64,000 bases of DNA from positions 46,378,001-46,442,000 of the forward strand of contig OZ249436.1 of NCBI GenBank assembly GCA_965235115.1, read 5' to 3'. Within the stretch, counting starts at the first letter, position 1, and the number at the start of each line of letters is the position of its first letter. Under the pieces are notes generated by a model that saw only the letters and a program-made list of their open reading frames with translations, had not been told where the DNA came from and did no database searches. A program made the position numbers and the translations under genes. Source of the DNA: Laetmonice hystrix. Its lineage: Eukaryota. This document shows, in pieces, positions 51,383 to 64,000 of the stretch.

Positions 51383-52339
51383 TTTTTGGCGCTTCCTCGT
51401 GCGTCTGTCAGTTTATATAGTCCCGTGTCAAGGCTGATTGGATTACGAAGATCACATCTCGAGAGCGTTCCATTCACCCCAAGTATCGCGCCCTAGACAA
51501 TCTAAGCAGACCTGTGGGGTGTCTACCCGGTCGATGGCCAGGGTACGAGAGGGCTTGTCGTGTTACCAGAGGTATGTGAGTGAATGTGACAAAACGCCAG
51601 ACCCTCAGTGCCCGTGAGCGCATCTCGATTCACCTGATAACTTCTCAACCTTCCGTCAAGTTCCTGACCGTATACAAAGATACTCACAGAGTTACCGGAC
51701 CTCGGGCTTCAGGTCTCGCGGCACTGTCTGGTTTAAAGATCCTGTATCAGTTGGGGTGGAGACCGTTTGCCAACCTTGAGTGTCGGTTTGTTTTTGTTGA
51801 TGTAACGTGATAAGTGTGTTTTTGCGCTGTTCATTGGCACCACGCGAGTCAAGCTTTGTCAACCACACAGGTAGGCCTATATATCCTGACTCAATCGAGA
51901 GTTGGGGTTAGATCCTTTCGGCTGTCAGGCGCAGAGATGCTGATTTGATCTCGACGTTTTCTTTGGGTGGGTGGGAGGGGGGTAAATATTTCTGTTGCAG
52001 AACTCAGGAGAACGTGCGCCATGAATTATTGCCCCGGCAGGCACGTTCGGTCTGGACCATTTCAATGATGTCACAGAATTGGTTAATTGTGTCAATCACA
52101 ATGCACCCACGATTTCAATCATTGTGGTCCATCGTTATTCAGGCATGCTGTAATTCAGTGCTGAGTCAGTGACCTTGGCAGAAAAAGAAGGTCGTAGGCG
52201 CCTGCGTCCTGAAGTAGAACTGACCACGGCGTCCTAGTGGCCCACTGACCCCGACCCTTCCGTCCCATCCACCCTCCCCAGCCAATCGATGACCAGCACA
52301 GCGCCACCTGTCCTCAGCTATCGGTTTCACAGAAATCTA

Positions 52340-52480
52340 GACGACGACAGACCCCGGATTGTGACGACGACAGACCCCGGATTGTGACGACGACAGATCC
52401 CGGATTGTGACGACGACAGACCCCGGATTGTGACGACGACAGACCCCGGATTGTGACGACACACCCCAGATTGTGACGAC
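52340..52480. repeat. Minisatellite, 23-bp unit, about 6 copies
   Basis: Unit GACGACGACAGACCCCGGATTGT. Confidence 0.96.
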
Positions 52481-54918
52481 AAAATGGCTTCGCTCCGACA
52501 CGCCTGATTGGCCGCCAATCAGTGGTTGCCCGTATTGATATAACACGTTGTTACAAGGCACGCTCCGCCAAGCAGGCCAAACCCCGCAGCTTCACGTCCA
52601 ACCGTGACAAATCCGAACCTGTGAAAATATTGACGGTGTCCGGGTTGGATGCGCCCCCGGGGGAATGAACGCCACCTGGTGGCTGACCCACGAAACTGGC
52701 CACAAAGATGAGGAGCTGAGATGGGTTTTATTGATCTCGCCCGTGATTAATGAGTATTTTACACAAATCCTCCGGATCTTCATGAGAACCATCATTATGA
52801 GGATGTCACACAGCCGCAAATCCTTTAAAGGGCTCTATTAAGTAAATCACCATTAATCACATTGACCTAGCCAGGACAAAAAAGGCCACATCAAATTGGT
52901 TCAGTCTAGCCTAAAAGTTTGTTGGTTTTTTTCGCGAATTTGTTCTATTTTATATTGCATTTATTTTTTACCGCAGTCCGCCTACCTTTTAACAAGCACG
53001 AAACGCTGGTGAAGTGTAGCAGAAATATTAGTCCCTAATACAGACTGTCACATAGACGTTCTGCCCAGCAGGCATGTTGGAACTAATAAAGCGGTAATGA
53101 TGAGGCCAACCAATACAATTAAAGGAGGGCTGGCATGATGGGTGTGTGGTCGTGATAGGTGAGGTGGGGCGGTGGGGAGCAATGATGGGGACAGGTCATG
53201 GTGTGGCGGTCCTCTACCAAGCATAACTCTCACCATTCTCAAACATTCCATGACAAATAGGTCTAAAACTCCATTGTATATACGAAACCAGAATGGTACA
53301 CTTATAAAAGTTCCCCATGACTGTTTTACCTTATTTGCATATCATTTCCAAGCTGCCGTGTGTAATACTGGGAACACGGCATCAAATATACCGAGGCTGT
53401 TCAGTTTTCCATTACAGAGGGTTTTAGGTAAGATATGGGACAGGATATACGATGATATGAACGGGCTCCGTGAACAGAGATATATTACAAAAGGATTATA
53501 GCAACAGCTGCGAATAGATGGCCTTGAAATTGGATCTGGCTCAGGGCCTCCGTCAGCAAATGACTTCATGTATTAAGACAAAGAAAAGAAACGGATAGAA
53601 TGGCTTATATGTTGATTATCTTCATCCCATTGTTCCCTCATTAGGTGTGTAATAATGCCACCGTGTTTATAAATGTTTTATGGAATTGGCAATTAGTCGT
53701 ATTCCAATCCCACTTATTTGAAAACGGTTTGTACTGGTCCTGGAAACGTCTAAAATAGGTTCTGTAGACTAGAAGTGAGCGAGCAAGACGTGGGGCCTGT
53801 TGTTTTACGGTATACACGTCTGGAATTGTATTACTCATGGATTCAATATAACCAAAAAGAATAAATAATACGTCATTTCAACAAATAAAATTTCATATTT
53901 ACTTAGATTGATTTTGTATAATAAAGGATCTGCAAATAATGAGATGAACTCATTCATCACACTTCACCAAACAGTTGCCTAGTAATCGTTAGAGTAATCA
54001 ATTTCTGACAGGAGCAGGAGGCGGAGATGTAAAATCTAACGATAACATCTAAAGCAGAAATTATCTCTGGTCCATTGTGTAGCAGATAAATAAAATGTTT
54101 ATAATATTACCGTATCTGCATGTAGGGGGGCGAAGTGACACTCATGAAAGTTCAGCGGGGGGCTCACCCCCCAGCCCACCCCCAGCCCTATCAAGTCGAT
54201 GCTTAGAGATACAAAAACTCATTCGCATAAAGAAACAATAGATATTGAGATTGTAACAGAGAGGAGCGGCCTTGTCGGCCAGGGGTCATGACCCCGGGCA
54301 ATGTTAGCCGTCGCGAGGTGTCGCTGAGGTCGGCTGGAGAGGACCGCTAGGGGTCGGACCAAGGTCTGACCGGCCTGTCAAGTCCGATAAGTCGGTTACC
54401 ATACTACTGACATGTTATCTCGGCACCCCTGGTGACATGAACCACCCCCACCTCTCCCTCCGTGTCCAGCCTGGAGCGATTGTTAACTGAGGGGGTGGGG
54501 GTGGGGGTGGGGGTGGGGGTGGGGGGGAGGGGGCCCACTGGTGAAGGTCTGTATTCTGGACATATGTTCTCAGCCAACTCATTCGGCATTATCGCCTCTC
54601 TAAGTATAGTGATACGACTATTATGATATCAACTCAAGCCGCCACTGTTTTTCGGGGTAAAACTGAACGTAGCCGTTTTATAGTGAGTAGATGAAACGTG
54701 AGAAGATTTCCAGCTCGGGTATTCAAGGATAGTGGAATAATCATTGCACCATCCTTGATGTCGGTGTCTGTAAGAGATGTAAGTCTGGTGTAAGAGATGT
54801 AAGTCTGGTGGGATACAAGTCTGGTCGTCCTGATTCCCTGGGTATCCAGCTCTTCTTCAATTCGCGGTATAAAACATTATAAGAAACATTTTTATCAGGA
54901 GATATACAATTTTATAAT

Positions 54919-55409
54919 GGACTGACGCCTCGAACAGACGGACTGACGCCTCAAACAGCTGAACTGACGCCTGAAACAGCCGGAATGACGCCTCAAACAG
55001 CCGCAATGACGCCTCAAACAGACGGGCTAACGCCTCAAACAGACGGACTGACGCCTCAAACAGCCGGGCTGACGCCTCAAACAAACAGACTGACGCCACA
55101 AACAGACGGAATGACGCCTCAAACAGCCGGAATGACGCCTCAAAAGGCCGGAATAACGACTCAAACAGACGGAATGACGCCTCAAACAGTCGGACTGACG
55201 CCTCAAACAGCCGGACTGACGCCTCAAACAGTCGGACTGACGCCTCAAACAGCTGGACTGACGCCTCAAACAGCCAGACTGACGCCTCAAACAGCTGGAC
55301 TGACGCCTCAAACAGCTGGACTGTCGCCTCAAACAGCCGGAATGACGCCTCAAACAGTCGGATTAACGCCTCAAACAGCCAGACTGACGCCTCAAACAGC
55401 TGGACTGAC
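54919..55409. repeat. Minisatellite, 21-bp unit, about 23 copies
   Basis: Unit GGACTGACGCCTCAAACAGCC and variants. Confidence 0.97.
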
Positions 55410-55768
55410 AAGCGGCGCCAATTACTCCCACCCGGCGTGGTGTTGTGTGGATGTCCCCAGGCGGGGTATCCATCAGTTGTAGAAAAACAAGCTCAATACA
55501 TCAGTGGGGTAAACTTAACACCCCGTGATTACATGCACGAGTTCGTCTTCTGATTAACGCCAATAGAATTCGGCTTCAATTGATCATGATTTAACACTGA
55601 ATGTGGGACTCCGAAAGGACGGGGCTGAACGGCCTGAAAGTTCTGAATAACTTTCCAAACTGAGCAGTTTTCATGAGCATGGAGCATGGCTGTGTAAAGG
55701 GAAGCGAATCGTAGACCTCTATCGTCAGATTCCCCCATGGTGATTCCTCTGTGAATTAACAAAGTCAT

Positions 55769-56859
55769 TCGTCTATCAGCTCTAGCTGGTGTTTACAGCT
55801 TGGGTTTACAAACAAAGTCAGTCGTCTATCAGCTCTAGCTGGTGTTTACAGCTGGGGTTTACAAACAAAGTCCGTGCTCTATCAGCTCTAGCTGGTGTTT
55901 ACAGCTGGGGTTCACAAACAAAGTCAGTCGTCTATCAGCTCTAGCTGGTGTTTACAGCTTGGGTTTACGAATAAAGTCTGTGCTCTATCGGCTCTAGCTG
56001 GTGTTTACAGGTCGGGTTTACAAACAAAGTCTGTGCTCTATCAGCTCTAGCTGGTGTTTACAGCTGGGGTTTACAAACAAAGTCAGTCGTCTATCAGCTC
56101 TAGCTGGTGTTTACAGCTGGGGTTTACAAACAATGTCGGTGCTCTATCAGCTCTAGCTGGTGTTTACAGCTCGGGTTTACAAACAAAGTCAGTCGTCTAT
56201 CAGCTCTAGCTGGTGTTTACAGCTGGGGTTTACAAACCAAGTCTGTGCTCTATCAGCTCTAGCTTGTGTTTACAGCTCGGGTTTACAAACAAAGTCAGTC
56301 GTCTATCAGCTCTAGCTGGTGTTTACAGCTGGGGTTTACAAACAAAGTCAGTGCTCTATCAGCTCTAGCTGGTGTTTACAGCTCGGGTTTACAAACAAAG
56401 TCAGTCGTCTATCAGCTCTAGCTGATGTTTACAGCTGGGGTTTACAAACAAAGTCAGTGCTCTATCAGCTCTAGCTGGTGTTTACAGCTGGGGTTTACAA
56501 ACAAAGTCAGTCGTCTGTCGGCTCTAGCTTGTGTTTACAGCTCGGGTTTACAAAGCCAGTGCTCTATCAGCTCTAGCTGGTGTTTACAGCTGGGGTTTAC
56601 AAACAAAGTCAGTGCTCTATCAGCTCTAGCTGGTGTTTACAGCTGGGGTTTACAAACCAAGTCTGTGCTCTATCAGCTCTAGCTGGTGTTTACAGCTTGA
56701 GTTTACAAACAAAGTCAGTCGTCTATCAGCTCTAGCTGGTGTTTACAGCTGGGGTTTACAAACAAAGTCATTGCTCTATCAGCTCTAGCTGGTGTTTACA
56801 GCTTGAGTTTACAAACAAAGTCAGTGCTCTATCAGCTCTATCTGGTGTTTACAGCTCGG
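55769..56859. repeat. Minisatellite, 53-bp unit, about 20 copies
   Basis: Unit GTCAGT(CG/GC)TCTATCAGCTCTAGCTGGTGTTTACAGCTGGGGTTTACAAACAAA. Confidence 0.98.
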
Positions 56860-58016
56860 TTTTTTTTTTATAAATCCGGTGGATACCATTAATAGAAGGG
56901 TTACCACTGAGAAGTTTGTTGTGTGGGAACTTTATTAGTAGATTGATTACACCCTTTAAAATGGTGGTGACCTCACTCGTTAACCAGTGTTGTTATAGAA
57001 ACGGTAATGTGATATGTTGCTCACTGAGGCTGAGTTTCAATCAGTGTTAGGTTACAATGTTTATGTCACACGCCCTCATTACTGGCGCGTGTTTTATGGG
57101 CAGTCCTCCCCTCTAATGACGGAAACTCACGTGGTAGGATTAGGCTGTTAATCTTGTGTACACATGGTTGAGGGAGATTAAAGGCAGCAGATCATATTCG
57201 CATTAACTAGGAAAGCTGATGGAATAACAGATTATGACTGGATAACTCAACAATTTCAACATCATAATGTTAAGGTTATTGGTGAAAAACACGCGGTGTT
57301 AAGAAGGGATTTCATTGTGACTTCTTTCCTAATTGAAGTGTTTTTTTTTGTTCGGTTCCTAACGTTGGAACCCCCTGCAGTCTACCAGTACGATACACTT
57401 CAGACTATTGAAACTGGTTAAAACTGTAAAGTTATAATTGAGACGGCCCCCAGCCATGGTAGTACACGTATTGCTCAGTAGGGGGGGGGGTAATGAGCGT
57501 ATTAATCAGCACCACCTGACTAATTAATATGCAGGCCATAAACGTCAGCCGACACGACTAGCGGGCCGGTCGACCATTCTATGGCAGACATTAGGTAGCT
57601 ATTAGCAACTGTATGCAGTCGTAATGCTTTCTGGGTAATTTTCTAGTCTGCTTGCGTTCAATGAGGGGGCTGCACAGATTGGAGCTACCTGCACATTAGG
57701 CGCTCAGTATATATTCAGAAACGGAATGTTGGAAGCAAAGAGACACGTTTGCGCCATCCCATACTGATGGAAGTACTCCTTATTTGTCTTTTTAGTGGCT
57801 ACGAAAGTATTCCTTTCAATTTCTAGACTTGTCAATTTGTAACTGCTAGGCTCATACCGTCTGGAAAATTCCTAAGCTCAAGAAGCTTTATACTTGTCTA
57901 ATTGGATCCATCGTACACCGTTTCTCGTAGACAATCATGGCTGTGGCAGCTCGCCAGTAAAACAAAACCAGCCGATATCTGGTTATCACGTGACTTTGAT
58001 TGGTTAGCGGCAAGGG

Positions 58017-58030
58017 GCGCCATCTAGTGG
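58017..58030 (-). promoter_or_regulatory. CTCF-consensus motif next to an E-box and a CCAAT box
   Basis: Reverse complement CCACTAGATGGCGC fits CCRSYAGRKGGCRS; TCACGTGAC and ATTGG lie within about 30 bp upstream. Motif match only. Confidence 0.35.
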
Positions 58031-58539
58031 ATGAAACTCGCTCCTGTATGTTCGTCGAGAAGATCAAAGGGCAAACAGAGGACGGTTTGCCCTTACATAT
58101 CCACGGTTATGGGCCCAGATCAGATGAAACCCTCCTGTATACCATAAACATATTAATACATTTTGTTAGACCTAAACGAGCTCCGACCTTTCCGCAAGGC
58201 TTTGTTCGGGTATAGGAAGCGATTGCCTTGTACAGCGAGGAGAAGGAGAGGGTACCCCCCCCCCCCACACACACACACACACGTGTGTTTTGTGACGTGA
58301 CAATGCCGTGATTGCACTATGGTCACGTGATAACACATCCCCCAGGCCTGCCAACCTTACCCGACCACTTTCCAGACCTGCAGCCGATCAAAGGATGACA
58401 CATATACCCCGCTCCCGCCTTTGTTGACTCCAACAACAAAACTAGATCAACTTTCAGGCATTTCAGGATACCGTATTCCCCCTTCCAATTATTCAGGACT
58501 GAAACATGCAGAAAAACCTCACGGGAACAAACCAATATC

Positions 58540-58872
58540 TCGATTTCTTTTAGAAAAAAAGAATTTAAAACAGATTTTAATAATTTAAATCAGACTTTTT
58601 TAACCAAATGATTTTTTATCAGGTTTTAGGGAATTAAATTGAAAGGAAATCTATATAACTATGGTCTGCAGCATATAATAAATGAGAAGTAGAATTATTT
58701 TACAAACTTTTTAATGTAATACCGAATTAATATGAAAAACAACGTTTTATGTTGCTTACCATGTTAACGTTGTTTTTCATTAAAAAAATCAAACCTATGA
58801 TTTTTTTGCCGTAATATTAATCATGATTTAAATCAATGATTTTAATCCAATGATTTAAATCATCCAACCCTG
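58540..58872. mobile_element. hAT-like non-autonomous remnant with an 8-bp TSD
   Basis: CCAATATC at 58532-58539 and 58873-58880; right end ...GATTTAAATCATCCAACCCTG with repeated GATTTAAATC subterminal motifs; left TIR is missing or eroded. Confidence 0.55.
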
Positions 58873-60115
58873 CCAATATCTACAACAACTGAAAGGTTTT
58901 CAACACTAAAATAACGACATTCATGTAATCTGCAATGATAATCGTTATCTTGTTTAAAGAGATATGATACTCATCTGATATCCCTGAACAAAAAGGGAGT
59001 TGTCTTCTCAAGGAAGGTGCCTTTAACATGACGTATACGGTATTACCGTATAGGCGAGTCACCCTAACGTATTCGGTGATTTCAAGGTTAACGATAGATT
59101 TAAATAGTTGGGGATACGATGGTATACTGAAGTGTTCATTGTCATGCGGACAGTATATCTTGTGCCGGAATTCGGCGCCGTATTGTAATCATGGGCCAGG
59201 CTGGCCAGCTTTGTCAACTTTAGACGACGCTCTATACCTGTGTGCATTCTACTGTGTGAGCAGATCGTATTCACATAATCGAGGCAACCCCTGTGTGCTC
59301 TAACACTATTCATCTCAACGGATGGCCAACAAAGAAAACCTAGCTCAGTACCAAGTGTTCCAGCCCCTTGAAATATGACACAATGTGAACGGTTGCCTCT
59401 AAGGCTTCCATTGGGTGCGTACACGGGGGGCCTTTGTTAATTTCATGCCCGGCTGCAGCCCTGACGCTGAGGGAGCCAGGACCCTATATACCCCAACCCC
59501 CCGGTGGAATCTGCACCAGGAAATACATCGCTTGTCCCAGTAACAGATGGAGAACGGATTCCTGTTTTTTAAATATGCTGTAGTGTATAAAGATAACTTG
59601 AACCGAATTGGTACATGTGAAAGGATTTCGTCCCCATCTAAACAAACAGCACTTTGAAAATATTGGTATTCAGCAGGGGTCTGTAGGTTATGTGTGAGGG
59701 GAGTTACAGGATGTCTCTGAGTTCCCCGAGTGAGGTCACACAAAGCCTTCTCCCACCGATCTCACCGTCTGCAATACAGCAGGGATAGGCAGGAAAAAGT
59801 CGCACTTTGTATTGGCACGCCCAGCATGAAATAGGCAGAAAAAGAAGGAAAGCTTTTGTTTGAGGTATTAAAAAAGATAGTTCTGTGTGGCCACGTCAAA
59901 ACAAGAGACTATAATGTAAAATTTACTTAGCAACCTTGCTTGTAGCGTTTGACACACATCCTGAGGTAGAGAGATTCCACAGCGACCCCCACACCCACCC
60001 CAGCCGCTAACCGGCAGACGTGTCGGGTAAAGACCTTGACTCATGGATTATAGAAGTATATTTGACTGGGGCATGGCATATATAATAAATGTTGTCAGAA
60101 ACAGGACCGGTTCTA

Positions 60116-60592
60116 TGTGGAACCCAGGGAGGGGGCTGACTGTGGGCCTTGCCCGGCCAGGACTTGGACTGGATATGTAGAACCCAGGGAGGGGGCTGAC
60201 TGTGGGCCGCCTTACCCGGCCAGGACTTGGACTGGATATGTAGAACCCAGGGAGGGGGTGACTGTGGGCCTTGCCCGGCCAGGACTTGGACTGGATATGT
60301 AGAACCCAGGGAGGGGGTGACTGTGGGCCTTGCCCGGCCAGGACTTGGACTGGATATGTAGAACCCAGGGAGGGGGTGACTGTGGGCCTTGCCCGGCCAG
60401 TACTTGGACTGGATATGTAGAACCCAGGGAGGGGGCTGACTGTGGGCCTTGCCAGGCCAGGACTTGGACTGGATATGTAGAACCCAGGGAGGGGATGACT
60501 GTGGGCCTTGCCCGGCAAGGACTTGGACTGGATAATGTAGAACCCAGGGAGGGGGCTGACTGTGGGCCTTGCCCAGCCATGACTTGGACTGG
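60116..60592. repeat. Minisatellite, about 60-bp unit, about 8 copies
   Basis: Unit GAACCCAGGGAGGGGGCTGACTGTGGGCCTTGCCCGGCCAGGACTTGGACTGGATATGTA. Confidence 0.97.
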
Positions 60593-61475
60593 AGGTCCTC
60601 CATGGTTTCCTTCCACGGAATCTGGCGGGAAGAATTACAAATCGACAACTAATAGCCCATCACCCTCCCCCCATATTATCACGGGGAATAACGGGTTGGG
60701 TGTGTTGGTTGCCGTGTGTCATGGTAAGATTGACTCGGCTCCATTAGAACCGGAGATCGAGCAGCAGGCTGGTAGGGGGGGAGCGCCCATCAGGCGGCCA
60801 GAGCGCGCAGCTTCCTTACATAGTTTTTTAAAAGCAGTATTGAGTTGCAGGTTTTCACCGAAGGTCTATTGTGGAGTGTTTAATTCCAGAGTTTCAGATC
60901 GCGTTAGTACTTCCCGTGGCCGCCAGGGTTACATTGTGCTCTCTCACAGTTTGATAACAGCGCTTACATTGCCATCCTAGGAGAACAAGTCAAAGAATTT
61001 GAGGACTCTGGCGACTTTTTAGGGAGTTCCTGGTGATAGAGGTTGACGCATTTAACGTTAAACCTGCGCACTGTCATGACCTTAACATAAACAAATACAA
61101 GGAATTGTTTTTATAATAGGAAATTGGCACCGGGAACGTGAGATTGTAACAGCAACACTCGGCATTGTTCTGGAAGGATACAATATGGGCGGTCATTTAT
61201 CTTAACTCTGTGCTTTGCCGACAGGGGGCGTCCCGGGGCGACTGGAGGACATAATAGCCTTTTGTTAGAGGAGCCAGTCATAACATTGCTGACATTTCGA
61301 CCCTGTGTGATTCGAGTTCTCCAGAATGACACCAGGTGTCGCCTTACATGTCATCAACTGAGACTGAAGTGACGTTAATGAACCCCTGTCTCCTTCCATC
61401 CCACCTCCAACATTAACTCTAGCAGTCGTGAGGTTTGTCAGACAATACCTCAAGATTCTATTCGTCAGCTCATGT

Positions 61476-61569
61476 CTCCTAAATAATGCGTTGTCTTTCT
61501 CCTAAATAATGCGTTGTCTTTCTCCTAAATAATGCGTTGTCTTTCTCCTAAATAATGCGTTGCCTTTCT
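61476..61569. repeat. Minisatellite, 23-bp unit, about 4 copies
   Basis: Unit TCTCCTAAATAATGCGTTGTCTT. Confidence 0.95.
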
Positions 61570-61774
61570 GTCATTATGCAAGGAATCAACAGTATTTTGA
61601 TATTAATCGCGCGCCCTTTAGTTTCTGCTCGTTACATTATTTAGAGTGTCTCATTTGGCCTTTAATCAGATCATAAATGTTATATATTATATTGCGTAGC
61701 GGGGTAAGCGGCAACTCTAAGTCTCGCACCATTAAATTTGTCCGGCTACACACCATTTTCCCGACCTCGCATCA

Positions 61775-61970
61775 TTTGCCCCGCCTCGCATCATATGCCC
61801 GGGTTAGCACCATATGCCCGGGTTAGCACCATTTGCCCGGGTTAGCACCATTTGCCCGGGTTAGCACCATTTGTCCGGGTTAGCACCATTTGCCCGGGTT
61901 AGCACCATTTGCCCGGGTTAGCACCATTTGCCAGGGTTAGCACCATTTTTCCGGGTTAGCACCATTTGTC
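61775..61970. repeat. Minisatellite, 19-bp unit, about 10 copies
   Basis: Unit GTTAGCACCATTTGCCCGG. Confidence 0.96.
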
Positions 61971-64000
61971 CAGACTCCATACGTACGACCCCTTGGACCC
62001 GCGCCCCCCTTCCAAAAATCCACCACTGCCTACCGTAAAATTGTTCCACGGCTCGTGGCCGTATAAAGGGGGACCTGGGAACACTCTAACATGTATAGGA
62101 AAGGTCATATGTGCGGCTTCGGCAAATGTCACAATTCTAGTTCCGTTTTTATCTGTACTTGTCAGCAATATAATTGTGGAGCTGCACTCCCATTGTCTTG
62201 GAAATTGAAACTGTCTGTGTTAGATTTGGAGGACTGCCAAATGTCTATTGTCATTATTGTATTCGGGACACAAGAGGATATTAAACGTGAAGGCGAGGGA
62301 GGAATGTTTCTCCTGGGACCAGTGTCTCGGTAAGGTGGGAGCAGTACGCCATCCTCCCTGTTGTTTTAGAGAAAGGCCGCTGTGGGACAGCAACATCGTC
62401 GATCTCAGATGTTTCTACCTTCCTCAATAACACACCGGCTGAATCTGTGCGGTGAATGTGGAAAAATGTGGAGTTTAATGTCACAGAAAACCAGGTATCC
62501 GCGCGAACATTCTGATTGGGTCTAAAGAAAAACTTGATATTGACACAGAGCAGGAGTGTAGACCGCATTCACAGGCCGTCACACGTACGATCGAGATATT
62601 ATTCACAGGCCGTCACACGTACGATCGAGATATCATTCACAATTTGACTGATAGAACAGAGGCAAGGCACGATCACTTCTCAGTGCACTTATTGCATGTT
62701 AACTGAGCTATTGAGTGCAGAAATAACATTGATACATGCATTCAATGATGTGACTGTATCTCCGACCCTGTTCTCCTCGGGTACTGCCGTCAGGTCCTCT
62801 CCCGGCTGTGATATGTGATAGTCTGTATGAAACATGACTACCTGTGTTGTGTCTCAGAGAGGGGAGGACCCAAAATTGTACCTGTGTAGTAGTTTTCGAC
62901 ATTCATAGCAGGCGGTTACCATTTCTGACCCGCCCTGATCGTGTCTGTAAGCATGGAATGTGTACGGTTGGATATTGACGAACGTTGCACAGACGCCCTG
63001 TCAAACTGAAGGTTCTGAAAGATCCCTGCCTGAATATTTCTGTTAAAAGGAAAAAGACGAACTTCCCACTATAGTGCCTTCTACGTGATATGTTTCCGAC
63101 TGTGTGATTTGAGAGAGGTGGTCTATGTAACGTCGAACCGGTATGTCATAGACCCCAGCTGGTTATTACCACTCTCATCTCGGAACACATGCTTAACCAA
63201 ATTATGAGGGAAAAATACCAGCCGCCAACTGTCAGGTTTTACATCTTCACATTGAGAGAAAATTAACTTCGGCCCGTGTGGCTCTCATTGATGTCAGTCG
63301 GCTGAGGCGAGCTTGGCTGTAATTAGATTTATTAAATCGACTGTGTCTGTTCTATGTCGGGTCAATCACTCTGTGAGAATGGATTGCACCATTTTGATGG
63401 TGATTTTACTTCGGCTGCAAGCCTTGCAACCTTCTGTCATGTCCGACCGCAGTACATATGTCTGTGTACAGGCTGTGCCTGCTCAGTTTTACAGATACCT
63501 GATTTATAAAAGGTGATGTCAACTGTAACCAGGACACGGCTATGACGTGACCCGGTCATTATGACAGAGACATAGACGGAGATCTATGTCATGTATAATA
63601 ATAACCAGAACGTGAATTTCACAACGAAATTGAACTTGACATGTATGTTGTGTTTGTCTGTTGCTTCTTTTGTTTTACATATTTCTGTTCTGGCAAATAT
63701 GTATATTTCACTCATGATCGTGCGCTGATCCAGTTTAGCGGCCACCTTCTCGGTTAGTATGTACGTATATGAATACACAGAATAAATATATGTAGGCCTA
63801 TATACCACTCCAAATGTAGCTGAAATCTTGTTAAGGTGGGTAGAGTGAGTAAACGTATAAACAAGCAGTTATTATGCTATCTTTGTAAACCCTATACGAC
63901 CCCAGTGACCAGCTGGAGACCAGTACCGTGATCCAGAGCGTGTTCCTCTCTGATAACAGACGACATCCTCTCTCAGATCTCGTTCTGATGTTTCCTTCTC

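Noticed and set aside
54857..55482. Heptad ORFs (LFEASVR)n and (GLTPQTA)n resembling a leucine zipper or mucin
   Set aside because: These are translations of a 21-bp minisatellite that is open on both strands, with no unique flanking coding sequence.
63975..64000. Pyrimidine-rich end of the window as the next splice acceptor
   Set aside because: The AG and exon would lie outside the window, so it cannot be evaluated.

Overview
Eukaryotic animal genomic DNA, probably from a protostome invertebrate (lophotrochozoan-like; inferred from the gene family and repeat types). It is not prokaryotic, and none of the supplied ORFs appears to be a real gene. The window lies almost entirely inside one + strand spliced gene that the ORF track misses. 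Three short coding exons (1627-1732, 36793-36883, 37511-37553) join with matching phases (1, 2, 0) into MEWQYILRKALYVTLTFLLQVDLGLVADPPTFRPT-D-KKVFQDGTSPRYYRQLMVDQGNHYVYVGA-M-DHLYRLSADDISQS. This reads as a signal peptide plus the start of a Sema domain, most like class-2 semaphorins. The introns are 35,060 bp, 627 bp and apparently more than 26 kb. They contain about 18 unrelated, homogeneous minisatellites (roughly 10 kb, about 15% of the window) and several non-autonomous DNA transposons: a 1.85-kb foldback with GGG..CCC ends and a 4-bp TSD (Sola2-like), a 3.4-kb interval with Helentron/HINE-type ends, a hAT-like remnant with an 8-bp TSD, MITEs, SINE fragments, and two 25-33-bp CA..TG micro-palindromes with 7-bp TSDs. 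No CRISPR array, RNA gene or transposase was found. All counts were made by hand.
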